A DNA stretch of 64,000 nt, from positions 1 to 64,000 of IMG/VR virus record IMGVR_UViG_3300028844_003150; one strand, 5' to 3'. Position numbers and translations under genes: made by a program. Positions within the stretch are counted from its first letter, which is position 1; every line of letters starts with the position of its first letter. The stretch comes from an uncultured virus (IMG/VR IMGVR_UViG_3300028844_003150) (taxonomy: Duplodnaviria > Heunggongvirae > Uroviricota > Caudoviricetes). Of this stretch, positions 39,988-48,558 are shown one piece after another. Below the pieces are notes generated by a model that ran no database searches, was not told the DNA's origin, and saw nothing but the letters and a program-made list of their open reading frames with translations.

Positions 39988-40419
39988 ATGGCAAAAATCA
40001 ACGTAAAAGATTTAGATTTAAAGACCGGTAAGGAAATTCAACGCCTGATTGACGTAGTGCAAAACCGTAAGAAGCTGAAGAAACGTACACCGTTCCCTTC
40101 TGACTTCAAAGCCAATGCAGCTGCGTGCTGGCGCACATCCGGACTGTCCAAGAAGAAGTTCGCTGATACAATCGGTGTATCTGATTCCCTGATTTTCAAC
40201 TGGGACAAGCAGTACCCGGAGGGAACGACAACCAGCTCCCCGAAAGTAGTGGCGACAGACACAGCAACCAAGATATTATTGGAAACGGCACATGGCTATA
40301 TCCGCGATTTCGAAGCTGGGACCAGAACAGATCCAGCAACTGGTGAGTCAACTTTACTCTGTGCCTCCACTGTTCTCAACATCCTTATGGAGCAAGAAGG
40401 AGATGCCAACACGGTATAA
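39988..40419 (+). CDS. HTH DNA-binding protein
   Basis: F..DFKA.A...SGLSKKKFADTIGVSDSLIFNW. Confidence 0.7.
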   Translation: MAKINVKDLDLKTGKEIQRLIDVVQNRKKLKKRTPFPSDFKANAAACWRTSGLSKKKFADTIGVSDSLIFNWDKQYPEGTTTSSPKVVATDTATKILLETAHGYIRDFEAGTRTDPATGESTLLCASTVLNILMEQEGDANTV

Positions 40420-41026
40420 ACACAAGAACGGCAAATACAGCACGGTCAACACTGAGAATCGATCTTTTATTAGTGTCGATAAATCTTTTGTAGCTGATTA
40501 CGCTGAATATGGAACCAAACTGATGCTTACGGATGACCTCCGTGGCGGCGTGCTTGGTGAAGGGTGGGACGTTACGCTGGTTCGCCCGGAAGAGATGGGC
40601 ATCTGGATACCACCCTATAAATTTCTGGAGATGACTGGACAGGAACCAGAAGAAGAACTGGTTGACTTGCGTGAACGCCTCCGGAAAGAACCAGATTTCG
40701 CGGATGCTGAAGAAGCTGCACAGTACCGCGATGACAAACTCAATGCAGCTATGCACGCATTTATACAACAAGGAGAAATAACAATGGGAAGTGAAACCCC
40801 GTACGATAATAACCGCGACGGCTTCAAGACCGTCCATTATTACAATGGACAGGCAGTTGGCAACATCTCGGATCGTGAGATCTTCTTCATCATTCAGGAA
40901 CTGCAGGCTGAGCTGAAAGCACTCAAGAAGCTGGGCAAGGACAAGTCGAAAGCTGTGAAGGCGCATAACAAGCGCATCAACCGCGACATCAACAAGCTGA
41001 TGACTGAACTCGACTCGCGTCACTAG
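40403..41026 (+). CDS. Hypothetical protein, with an internal RBS/ATG at 40783
   Basis: GGAG before the ATG at 40403; AAGGAGAAATAACAATG at the in-frame internal start. Confidence 0.5.
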   Translation: MPTRYKHKNGKYSTVNTENRSFISVDKSFVADYAEYGTKLMLTDDLRGGVLGEGWDVTLVRPEEMGIWIPPYKFLEMTGQEPEEELVDLRERLRKEPDFADAEEAAQYRDDKLNAAMHAFIQQGEITMGSETPYDNNRDGFKTVHYYNGQAVGNISDREIFFIIQELQAELKALKKLGKDKSKAVKAHNKRINRDINKLMTELDSRH

Positions 41027-41027
41027 C

Positions 41028-41423
41028 ATGAGTGATGAAAAACAGGAGGTCGCTCCCACAGGGCCTCCTGTCCAACATACTTGGGTCGTTTGTGACGTTG
41101 GCAATTTCCATACTGAGTACGAGTGCACTAAGTGTGGTACTCGTACCTGCGTAGCACCTGAAGATACTCTATTCGAACCCCTACCCGGATTATGTTCAAT
41201 GAATAACCCAGATTTAGTTAATCATCCACCACATTACACACAACATCCATCAGGTGTGGAATGCATTCAAATTACAGAACATATGGGGTTCAATCTTGGC
41301 AACGTCGTAAAGTACGCATGGAGATGCGATCTCAAGCACGATGCTATTGAAGATTTGAAAAAGGCCCGTTTTTATTTAGAACGGGAAATTGAAAAACGGG
41401 AGAAACAAGCGCATGGCCGTTAA
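41028..41423 (+). CDS. Zn-ribbon plus DUF3310 (SaV-like) protein
   Basis: DLVNHPPHY...VECI...FNLGNVVKY.WR...EDLKKARFYL. Confidence 0.85.
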   Translation: MSDEKQEVAPTGPPVQHTWVVCDVGNFHTEYECTKCGTRTCVAPEDTLFEPLPGLCSMNNPDLVNHPPHYTQHPSGVECIQITEHMGFNLGNVVKYAWRCDLKHDAIEDLKKARFYLEREIEKREKQAHGR

Positions 41424-42231
41424 AGTTTTTTATCATGCTAATTGCACCGATGGTTCCGGTGCAGCCTTAGCTGCATTCATTTCCATGGGAGATACCGCAG
41501 AGTACATCCCAGTCCAGTACAACATGCCTATGCCTGACGTTGGACCAAGCGACGTTATTTACATAGTTGACTTCAGTTATTCATACGACCAGTTGATCGA
41601 GCTGGGTAATAAGGTAGCGAAGGTCGTTGTACTCGATCATCACAAAACAGCAAGACAAGCACTGGAACATATAGACCACCCAAACATAACGGTTCAGTTC
41701 GACATGGAACAATCCGGAGCCGTTCTTACGTGGAAGTATTTCCATCCAGACCGTGCAGTTCCCCCTTTGCTCAGCCACATTCAAGATCGTGATTTGTGGC
41801 GCTTCAATATGAAGGGAACGAAAGAGATCCATAGAGCATTGGGTATGTACCCCGATTGGATAGACTGGGCGCAGTTTCTGTTCGAGGTGGGTCAGCTAAT
41901 CCCTCTTGGCGCTGCGATCATTAAATTTCTCGATGTACAAATCGACAGGATCATTTCCCACCCACCCCGTGAGTTCTTCGCTACTGATGAAATAGTACCG
42001 ATGTACAACATACCGGGGTTTTTAATATCTGATGCGTGTGACGCAGCACTCAGGAAGTACCCTGAATGCCGCTATGCCGTTGGATACATCCACTTGCCTG
42101 ACAGGATGCTCTATTCTCTCCGCTCCCGACAGGGATCTGGTGTAGATGTGGCAGAGATTGCTTTGCGTTATGGCGGCGGGGGGCATGAAAATGCTGCCGG
42201 TTTCCGTATACTACATGACCAGAAAGAGTAG
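41413..42231 (+). CDS. DHH/DHHA1 phosphoesterase
   Basis: YHANC.DG, VDFS, LDHHKT, DRDLW, SLRS, GGGGHENAAGF. Confidence 0.9.
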   Translation: MAVKVFYHANCTDGSGAALAAFISMGDTAEYIPVQYNMPMPDVGPSDVIYIVDFSYSYDQLIELGNKVAKVVVLDHHKTARQALEHIDHPNITVQFDMEQSGAVLTWKYFHPDRAVPPLLSHIQDRDLWRFNMKGTKEIHRALGMYPDWIDWAQFLFEVGQLIPLGAAIIKFLDVQIDRIISHPPREFFATDEIVPMYNIPGFLISDACDAALRKYPECRYAVGYIHLPDRMLYSLRSRQGSGVDVAEIALRYGGGGHENAAGFRILHDQKE

Positions 42232-42318
42232 GTATAAAGAAACTCACTGGTCTGCACCTACCGTAAGGCGTGCTAGGACTACATGCATTGATCCTCTCCA
42301 TGGGCAGTGAGTTTCTTT

Positions 42319-42636
42319 ATGAATACTGACGAACTACGAGATAGGCTCAGACGAGCTGAACAATACAAACCAATGTTGGACAGGGCACAGCACCTAGCAT
42401 TGGATCTATCAAAACTGCTGGACAAACGCGACGAAGAAATAGCGCGTCTACGCAGATCCCAGAACATCGTTCATCTAACTCCAATGATCTTGGAGAAAGA
42501 ACGCCAATCTATACGAATTGAAATATTCCAGAAGGTCTTCAAGCTGGTTCGCATGTGGAAAGACAATCATGCCAAACTGGAACAGTTACTGAAGGAAATG
42601 ATTGCGTACGAGAAGAACCATGACGGGAGTACATAG
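42319..42636 (+). CDS. Coiled-coil hypothetical protein
   Basis: ORF whose ATG lies in a 16-bp stem. Confidence 0.5.
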   Translation: MNTDELRDRLRRAEQYKPMLDRAQHLALDLSKLLDKRDEEIARLRRSQNIVHLTPMILEKERQSIRIEIFQKVFKLVRMWKDNHAKLEQLLKEMIAYEKNHDGST

Positions 42637-42802
42637 TAAATTCACCAGAGAGGAAATTAACTTGATTCGTGCAGCCGCCGCAGAGAGGACACGATTACGA
42701 AAAGAAGCCCTGAAACTTAGCAATGAAGAACTGGCGAAGAAGATGGGTACCTCCCCCACCACGATTAGTTCTATAATCAATTACTACCATCCCTACAAGT
42801 GA
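42620..42802 (+). CDS. Small HTH (Cro/XRE-like) protein
   Basis: LSNEELAKKMGTSPTTISSIIN. Confidence 0.7.
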   Translation: MTGVHSKFTREEINLIRAAAAERTRLRKEALKLSNEELAKKMGTSPTTISSIINYYHPYK

Positions 42803-42824
42803 GCGCACAGGAGAAAATAAACTC

Positions 42825-43046
42825 ATGATGACACCCGAGGAACTTAGGCAGCGCATCGTTGACCACGCAGTTGCTGATGATAAAGATCACCAGACAATTG
42901 TTCAGGTTATGGACCAATTTGTTATCGATCACCCCGACGGCGACTTTGCAGCCATCCGCAGACTTGTGGTCAATCATGCGGAAACTACTGATGCGAGTCA
43001 CCAGCGGCTGGTCAAAGCACTGGACAGGCTCCTAGAACAACAGTGA
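42825..43046 (+). CDS. Small helical protein, translationally coupled to the glutaminase
   Basis: AGGAG RBS; GTGA overlap with the next gene. Confidence 0.65.
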   Translation: MMTPEELRQRIVDHAVADDKDHQTIVQVMDQFVIDHPDGDFAAIRRLVVNHAETTDASHQRLVKALDRLLEQQ

Positions 43047-43987
43047 AATTTGACAGCCCAGTTTTCAAAGGAATGCTGGAGGACGCGTTCGAGCTGGGAC
43101 ATGGTATCACTGGCGGCAAGGTTGCTGACTATATCCCGGCATTGGCCCTCGCTAACCCGGAAGACTGGGCCTTTACAATACATCCATTGATAGATGCGCC
43201 ACCGCAAAACTTCGGTCAAGTGGATGAATACTTTACGATACAGAGTATTTCTAAAACATTTTCTTATTCGCTGGCGCTAACGGAAGTGGGAAGAGATGAG
43301 GTGCATAACCGAGTGGGCGCTGAGCCCAGTGGCCAAGCGTTCAATGGTATTGCTCTGATGATTGACGGTCGCCCACACAATCCGATGGTCAACGCCGGTG
43401 CCATTGCAGTCACAGGTTGTTTGCATGACCGTTTCGGAAGCAGTGCAGTAGATGAGGTGGTCAGTTTGTTTTCAGAGTTTGCTGATGAGCAGCTGGTAAT
43501 AGACCAGAATGTCTATGAAAGTGAGCTTTCGAGTGGGCACGTTAACCTCGCCATCGCTCATCTGCTAAGAGCCAAGGGGGTCCTTACGACGGACCCCCTA
43601 AAGGTAATTGAATTGTATTTTTCAATCTGCTCACTGCTGGTTAACACACGTATCCTCGCGCGCATGGGTGCAGTGTTGGGTAGAGGTGGCAAAGCAGAAG
43701 ATGGCCACTATGTTTGCGAGGTGGAAAGCGCGACCAGCGCACTGGCGCTAACTCTAAGCTGTGGGATGTACGACCGGAGCGGCACTTGGATTCGTGACAT
43801 TGGGCTGCCGACAAAAAGCGGAGTGAGTGGTGGATTGCTTTGTATTGTCCCCGGAAAGATGAGTATGGCTTTCTGGTCGCCTCCTATCGATGAATTCGGG
43901 AATACAGTTCGAGGAATGGCAGCTTGCCAAAATTTGGTGACAGACTTGGATCTTCACCTCTTTGGACCGGGTTCGATATTTGACTGA
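43043..43987 (+). CDS. glsA: Glutaminase (serine beta-lactamase-like fold)
   Basis: GKVADYIPALA, FTIQSISK catalytic SxxK, EPSG..FN, PHNPMVNAGA, CGMYD.SG, GLPTKSGVSGG, SPPID..GN. Confidence 0.95.
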   Translation: MKFDSPVFKGMLEDAFELGHGITGGKVADYIPALALANPEDWAFTIHPLIDAPPQNFGQVDEYFTIQSISKTFSYSLALTEVGRDEVHNRVGAEPSGQAFNGIALMIDGRPHNPMVNAGAIAVTGCLHDRFGSSAVDEVVSLFSEFADEQLVIDQNVYESELSSGHVNLAIAHLLRAKGVLTTDPLKVIELYFSICSLLVNTRILARMGAVLGRGGKAEDGHYVCEVESATSALALTLSCGMYDRSGTWIRDIGLPTKSGVSGGLLCIVPGKMSMAFWSPPIDEFGNTVRGMAACQNLVTDLDLHLFGPGSIFD

Positions 43988-44007
43988 TATTACTACCATC
44001 CCTACAA

Positions 44008-44193
44008 GTGAGCGCAATGGAAAACTTCATTAAGCTGTTGGAGACCACCGATTCCGTGAAGATGTATATCACGCGGGGCGGAGAATTTTTCATAGAGATA
44101 TGGACACTCCAAGGAAGTTATTTTCATGTACAGAGCATGTCGCTGGAGGCCGCAATAGTGGACGCAATAGAGAGACTTCCCCCGACAACATGA
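44008..44193 (+). CDS. Small hypothetical protein
   Basis: Starts within the right-hand direct repeat. Confidence 0.45.
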   Translation: MSAMENFIKLLETTDSVKMYITRGGEFFIEIWTLQGSYFHVQSMSLEAAIVDAIERLPPTT

Positions 44194-44448
44194 CAGAAAA
44201 AGGTGAACCAATTGAAGCGATCTGGAAAGAAGCCTTTGAGACCGGCCATGCTTGCAGGCTGGTTGGGCGCACGCTCAAAAGGGGGTCCTTCACAATGGCT
44301 TGGTTTTCTTGTAACGATGGTCGCGTGTTTCCTCTGTCCAAAGCCGATCTCCTCCGGTACAAACCCGACGCAAAGGTCTCAAAAACATACAAAAAGCCAA
44401 AAATGAATGCTAGACTCTCCGCTGGCTCAAAACCATGAGGGCAGTGAG

Positions 44449-45222
44449 ATGTATAAATTTCTGGTATCGATACTGGTATTCATAATTGGATTTGTAGTTA
44501 CCCAACGAGTTCTCGCTTGGGATCACACAGTAATAATGTCTCCGTTTGAAGGGTCTTCTTATACAGTCCCATTACCAGAAGGACGAGCGTGTATTTACGT
44601 TACAGACTGCACAGAGAACATCCTCACAACCCCAGCAGTTCCATCGACTCCTCCTCCAAGTTCACCGACTTTAATATCAGAAATACCTAATATAGTTGGA
44701 ACTGAAGGGTGGTCTTTTTTTGATGTGGTGGACCGTTCAGAGTGGGCTATCGAAGTGGACGACGAAGAAACTTCCGACGCCACCAAAGCAGACCGATACC
44801 AGAAAGCACACGCTATTGATGACGACCCAACCACGATCTGGCACACCAGATGGGTAGATCCTGCGACTCCCATGCCACACTGGGCCAAGATTGATCTGGG
44901 GAGAGAGGCTTGGGTTGATTCGATGATTATCACCCCCCGGCCTTGGACTGGCCCAGACTGCGCTTACTGCGACACGAGCAACGTCAAAGGTTACGAAGTC
45001 TGGGTGAGTAAGGACGATAACATCTGGGCGAGGGTTGCTGCTGGGGAACTGGTATTTGTGGAGGGGGCACCACAGACAATCAAATTCTCAATCCCAAATC
45101 TAGTCAGGTACGTGCGACTGGATATTCTAAGTGCTTCTGGGGACACAGCAGCTGTGACACTTGGAGACATTCAAATTACTGAATCCACCAAAGACATAGT
45201 CATAACTGGGGGTGGTGTGTGA
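44449..45222 (+). CDS. Secreted discoidin (F5/8 type C, CBM32-like) domain protein
   Basis: Signal-peptide-like N-terminus; AIDDDPTTIWHTRW, PHW..IDLG, RYVRL. Confidence 0.8.
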   Translation: MYKFLVSILVFIIGFVVTQRVLAWDHTVIMSPFEGSSYTVPLPEGRACIYVTDCTENILTTPAVPSTPPPSSPTLISEIPNIVGTEGWSFFDVVDRSEWAIEVDDEETSDATKADRYQKAHAIDDDPTTIWHTRWVDPATPMPHWAKIDLGREAWVDSMIITPRPWTGPDCAYCDTSNVKGYEVWVSKDDNIWARVAAGELVFVEGAPQTIKFSIPNLVRYVRLDILSASGDTAAVTLGDIQITESTKDIVITGGGV

Positions 45223-45337
45223 GGTGTTTGATGGAAATCTGGTTACTGACCTCGCAAGTGCTATTACTCACTGGGGCAATCGTAATACTCGCCACTATTG
45301 CTATAGTGTCACACCTTGGTAGGAGTCGTGATGCCCC

Positions 45338-46012
45338 GTGAACTCAATTGGCCCCAAGAACGATACATCTGCGAAGAAGAAAGACGGTCCATGCTCAGGC
45401 GGAGGGACATGGAAAGAGAACCAAGCGTTAAGCAAAACCGTAGAAAAATACTCAGACGCAAGCCATTGGACGGAGGAAGAAGTCCTGATCCGGTTCGAGG
45501 CGTGGATGCTTTTTGTTATAGACCGTGCAACAGCAAACTTACCGAAGCACTACAAAGCAAACATAAAAAACGACATCGATCAAGAAGCCCGCATCGCCTT
45601 GCTACTGTGTTGGCGAGACTATCAGAAGAAGAAGGCTCTATGTAAATTCACTACGTTCTCCTTCCTCCGTATCAGGGGGGCAGTCATAGATTTCTTCCGT
45701 GAGAGAAGAACCTCCGATACTCCATTCCCAAAAATAGTCTCTGTAGACTTCAGTTGCCTACTTAATGATGAAGAGGAAGCAATATCGAGAGCTGTACTGG
45801 GGGATACAATAGTAACTACAGATCTACTAATCGATTTATGTAACGCGCTCTTCGCCTTGGACCCATGGGAGAGAAAACTAATCTCTCTCCATTACACGAA
45901 AGACAGTACGTTGAAAGAAATAGGTGCTCTAGCCGACGTGACTGAAGGACGAGCCTGTCAGGTACACGCCGACGTAATAGAGAAGCTACGACTGAGCATG
46001 GATCACAGCTGA
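45338..46012 (+). CDS. Sigma70-family sigma factor, FliA/WhiG-like (regions 2 and 4)
   Basis: DIDQEARIAL, KFTTFS..RIRGAVIDFFR, L...ERKLI.LHY....TLKEIG....VTEGRACQVH. Confidence 0.85.
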   Translation: MNSIGPKNDTSAKKKDGPCSGGGTWKENQALSKTVEKYSDASHWTEEEVLIRFEAWMLFVIDRATANLPKHYKANIKNDIDQEARIALLLCWRDYQKKKALCKFTTFSFLRIRGAVIDFFRERRTSDTPFPKIVSVDFSCLLNDEEEAISRAVLGDTIVTTDLLIDLCNALFALDPWERKLISLHYTKDSTLKEIGALADVTEGRACQVHADVIEKLRLSMDHS

Positions 46013-46185
46013 TCGAGAATATTTTTCCGGCGCTGGTAGCCCTGTTTAATTGACCTCACACCAGAGCCAACACTGACACCCGGTTTGTTCGGATCAAGCG
46101 CTTTCACTTGCGGTTTCTTTGGTTTCTTCTTGGTTTTGGTCGGTGTAGCTATTGGGCTACGAAGCCCTCTCATTCCTGTATTCAT
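46003..46185 (-). CDS. Small basic protein
   Basis: GAGGG RBS; Lys-rich; last gene of the late operon. Confidence 0.55.
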   Translation of the reverse strand: MNTGMRGLRSPIATPTKTKKKPKKPQVKALDPNKPGVSVGSGVRSIKQGYQRRKNILDQL

Positions 46186-46196
46186 GGTCGTGCCCT

Positions 46197-47060
46197 CTAT
46201 TCAATTACAGTTGGTGGAAGTGGTCGTGCGCCTACAATAACTGGAGTACCCAGTACATACAACTCATCTACAGAAGCCTGATTCCCACCATCCTGTTCGC
46301 TGAGTGCGACGAACTGGATATACCTCGCTTTCGTAGTGGGGAACTCAATGGTGTGAAGCTGATCGCCGGGAGGGAACGTCCCACCAGCTACCTGTGTCCA
46401 TCCTACGCCATCCATGCTGACCTGAAACGAATAGTCTTTGACTACAGCATTACCGCCACTAGCTCTTGGTTGCTGCTGAAAAGCAGTGAGTTGGTAAATA
46501 CTACCCATGTCTATCGCGATAGCATGAGGGAACTGGGCTTCAGTTGGAGTGTACCGTGAGTGCCATATGTCACCCTGACTTGTACAGGGAGTACCACGAT
46601 CAAAAGCACACTCAGGTGGCATCAACCAGTTGTCCTTTTCGTAACTGGTGTAGGCTAGGACAGTCCACTCATCAGCAGGGATGTCTGGATCAAGTGGGGG
46701 CGGGGGTATAATGACTACCCCATCAGTCTCATCCTTACAGCTTGTCTCGCTGTCTCGGCTAACCCTACCCCCAGTATCTACAGTCCGTAGGACAATACAA
46801 TACTCACCGTTTTCAAGACCAACCAAGGAAATGCTAGACTCAGTGCCGCCCAGATCATCAGGTTGTCTGACGCCATTGATATAAACTTCATAGTGTGAAA
46901 TCTCCTCGTTGGTTAGTGGTGTGTCATCTTCTCGCGCAACTGGTGGGTCGAACGTCCACCCAACAGCAGCGTACAATGGGAAGCAAATGAACAGGAGCCA
47001 TATCGCTAATAAAATAGCGGCTACCTTGGTCATAATTGCTTCAACTTGTCCCATTGCCAA
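46197..47060 (-). CDS. Secreted FN3-like plus discoidin domain protein (start possibly 47033)
   Basis: Signal peptide; W.F.PP..REDDTPL...EISHYEVY...TVDTGGRVS; WHSRY, PH.I.IDMG, ARYIQF. Confidence 0.75.
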   Translation of the reverse strand: MAMGQVEAIMTKVAAILLAIWLLFICFPLYAAVGWTFDPPVAREDDTPLTNEEISHYEVYINGVRQPDDLGGTESSISLVGLENGEYCIVLRTVDTGGRVSRDSETSCKDETDGVVIIPPPPLDPDIPADEWTVLAYTSYEKDNWLMPPECAFDRGTPCTSQGDIWHSRYTPTEAQFPHAIAIDMGSIYQLTAFQQQPRASGGNAVVKDYSFQVSMDGVGWTQVAGGTFPPGDQLHTIEFPTTKARYIQFVALSEQDGGNQASVDELYVLGTPVIVGARPLPPTVIE

Positions 47061-47136
47061 TCCGGTGTGCAGAACAGATTACAGCGAGGTTCGCAGAACT
47101 GTATCCCGCGCATCTCACAATCTTGAATGCAGGTGC

Positions 47137-47520
47137 CTACTCCACTATAACAGGGGGTTTGGGTCGTGCTGCTGACCTCGACTCGAAAGGGACGCCGTCT
47201 GCAAAGAACTGTCCGAAACCGATGTCGGTAATATCAACACCCTCGATGCGCGTACAGCCACCGGGCATTGGAACTGTCTTTACTACGTTCCCCAATAGCG
47301 CACTGTCGAGGACATACATGGTGGCTGATTGGATCTCTCCCGGCAGGATCGGCTGACCGTCATCACGTTCAGTGGGGTTCTGGCATTCGAAAGCCTTCGT
47401 TCCTTTGTATACAGTACCTTCTGACATAACATCGAAGGACACTAAAGACAGTATTAACATCAAAGCCACCATCCCAGCCCAGCACTGTATACGGCATTCT
47501 TTTTTCGTTAAGTCGAACAT
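47137..47520 (-). CDS. Secreted protein paralogous to the N-terminal domain of 46197-47060
   Basis: Signal/TM segment; PTERDDGQPI..GEI; C-terminal ARPKPPVIVE vs ARPLPPTVIE. Confidence 0.6.
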   Translation of the reverse strand: MFDLTKKECRIQCWAGMVALMLILSLVSFDVMSEGTVYKGTKAFECQNPTERDDGQPILPGEIQSATMYVLDSALLGNVVKTVPMPGGCTRIEGVDITDIGFGQFFADGVPFESRSAARPKPPVIVE

Positions 47521-47523
47521 AAA

Positions 47524-47916
47524 CTACTCCTCTATTGGAAACCAAGGGGTGCGTTTCCCCCCATAATATTCTCTTGCTAAACCCAGTCCTAACATATACT
47601 CAGCTAGAGATTCGCCATCAGCATAAATAGACCCGAGAACACGCCCAGCGTACTTACCATATACAACGTTGTCCACAGACAAAGTCTTGCCCTTGAGAAA
47701 TTCTTCAGCAGTTCTGGTTGCAGTGAGGCCAAGCTCTTTCTCTTTCTTGTTCCGTGTTCTGGTCTCAGGAGTATCGATTCCGAACTCCCGAACAGATATG
47801 AGCACCCGGTTACTCGGCCATGTCCTAATATAAAGTAGTGCAGTGTCTCCATCTTTTGCTCTCACCAGTTCCGCTGCATAGGGTCCGTAAACGATCCCCG
47901 AAGGTAATACCATCAT
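47524..47916 (-). CDS. Thermonuclease (SNase-like)
   Basis: DGDT, GIDTPE, KYAGRVL, GLAREY.GGKR. Confidence 0.85.
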   Translation of the reverse strand: MMVLPSGIVYGPYAAELVRAKDGDTALLYIRTWPSNRVLISVREFGIDTPETRTRNKKEKELGLTATRTAEEFLKGKTLSVDNVVYGKYAGRVLGSIYADGESLAEYMLGLGLAREYYGGKRTPWFPIEE

Positions 47917-48365
47917 TGATCTAAAATATCCTCGTGTAACTGGAGTCTCTCCAGCCGCGCTTTACGCTCTTTTGGTGTCTCCCAATACTCAGGACCCGCT
48001 GCCATGACGCCACCATAAATAAGCCAGTGCCTGCGATCTTTCTCTGGTACTGACCACAGGTTAGCCATTACCTTACAGCCTTCCAGTAAGTCTTGGTTTG
48101 CTTCCCACACAGTACGCTTCTTCTCCATCCCAGAACGATGGAGCCAGAAGTGGTAATCGTGGATGACTGCGGCGGGACTCCAGTAACCTACCTTTGAAAT
48201 AATCGATTGCGCCAATGGCGGTATGCTTGCAAAATCATGTTCGAAGCCCACCGGAACAACCGTAACCACACCCTTGCTATTAGTGAAGCTAAACTGTTCG
48301 AAGACTCGCCATCTTTGATGGTCGATTTGCTCATTAATATACCGTCCTTGGAAGAAAGGAATCAT
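47913..48365 (-). CDS. DUF1353-family protein
   Basis: VPVGFEHDFASIP...AAVIHDY. Confidence 0.8.
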   Translation of the reverse strand: MIPFFQGRYINEQIDHQRWRVFEQFSFTNSKGVVTVVPVGFEHDFASIPPLAQSIISKVGYWSPAAVIHDYHFWLHRSGMEKKRTVWEANQDLLEGCKVMANLWSVPEKDRRHWLIYGGVMAAGPEYWETPKERKARLERLQLHEDILDQ

Positions 48366-48556
48366 TTCGGATTAGGGACGACGTACTGTGCCACATAGGT
48401 TGCAAAACCAGCGAACGCAATACCGACTTCTGCCGGAATAGTTACACCGCTGAATTCCCCTACACTCCACGCTAACATAGTAGAGAGGAAGGTCATTGCG
48501 CCACCGACGTTGACCTTGCGATCAGGGGCTGGGAGTTTGTTAACTGTACCGTTCAT
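48362..48556 (-). CDS. Putative holin
   Basis: 64 aa with two hydrophobic segments, adjacent to the endolysin. Confidence 0.55.
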   Translation of the reverse strand: MNGTVNKLPAPDRKVNVGGAMTFLSTMLAWSVGEFSGVTIPAEVGIAFAGFATYVAQYVVPNPK

Positions 48557-48558
48557 AA

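Larger units (their letters stand above)
42780..44016. repeat. 28-bp perfect direct repeats flanking a two-gene cassette
   Basis: ATTACTACCATCCCTACAAGTGAGCGCA at 42780-42807 and 43989-44016. Confidence 0.95.

Noticed and set aside
39988..40419. IS3-type transposase OrfA
   Set aside because: HTH resemblance only; no DDE ORF or terminal repeats adjacent
42780..44016. Mini-CRISPR or IS element
   Set aside because: Only two repeats 1.2 kb apart; no transposase or terminal inverted repeats
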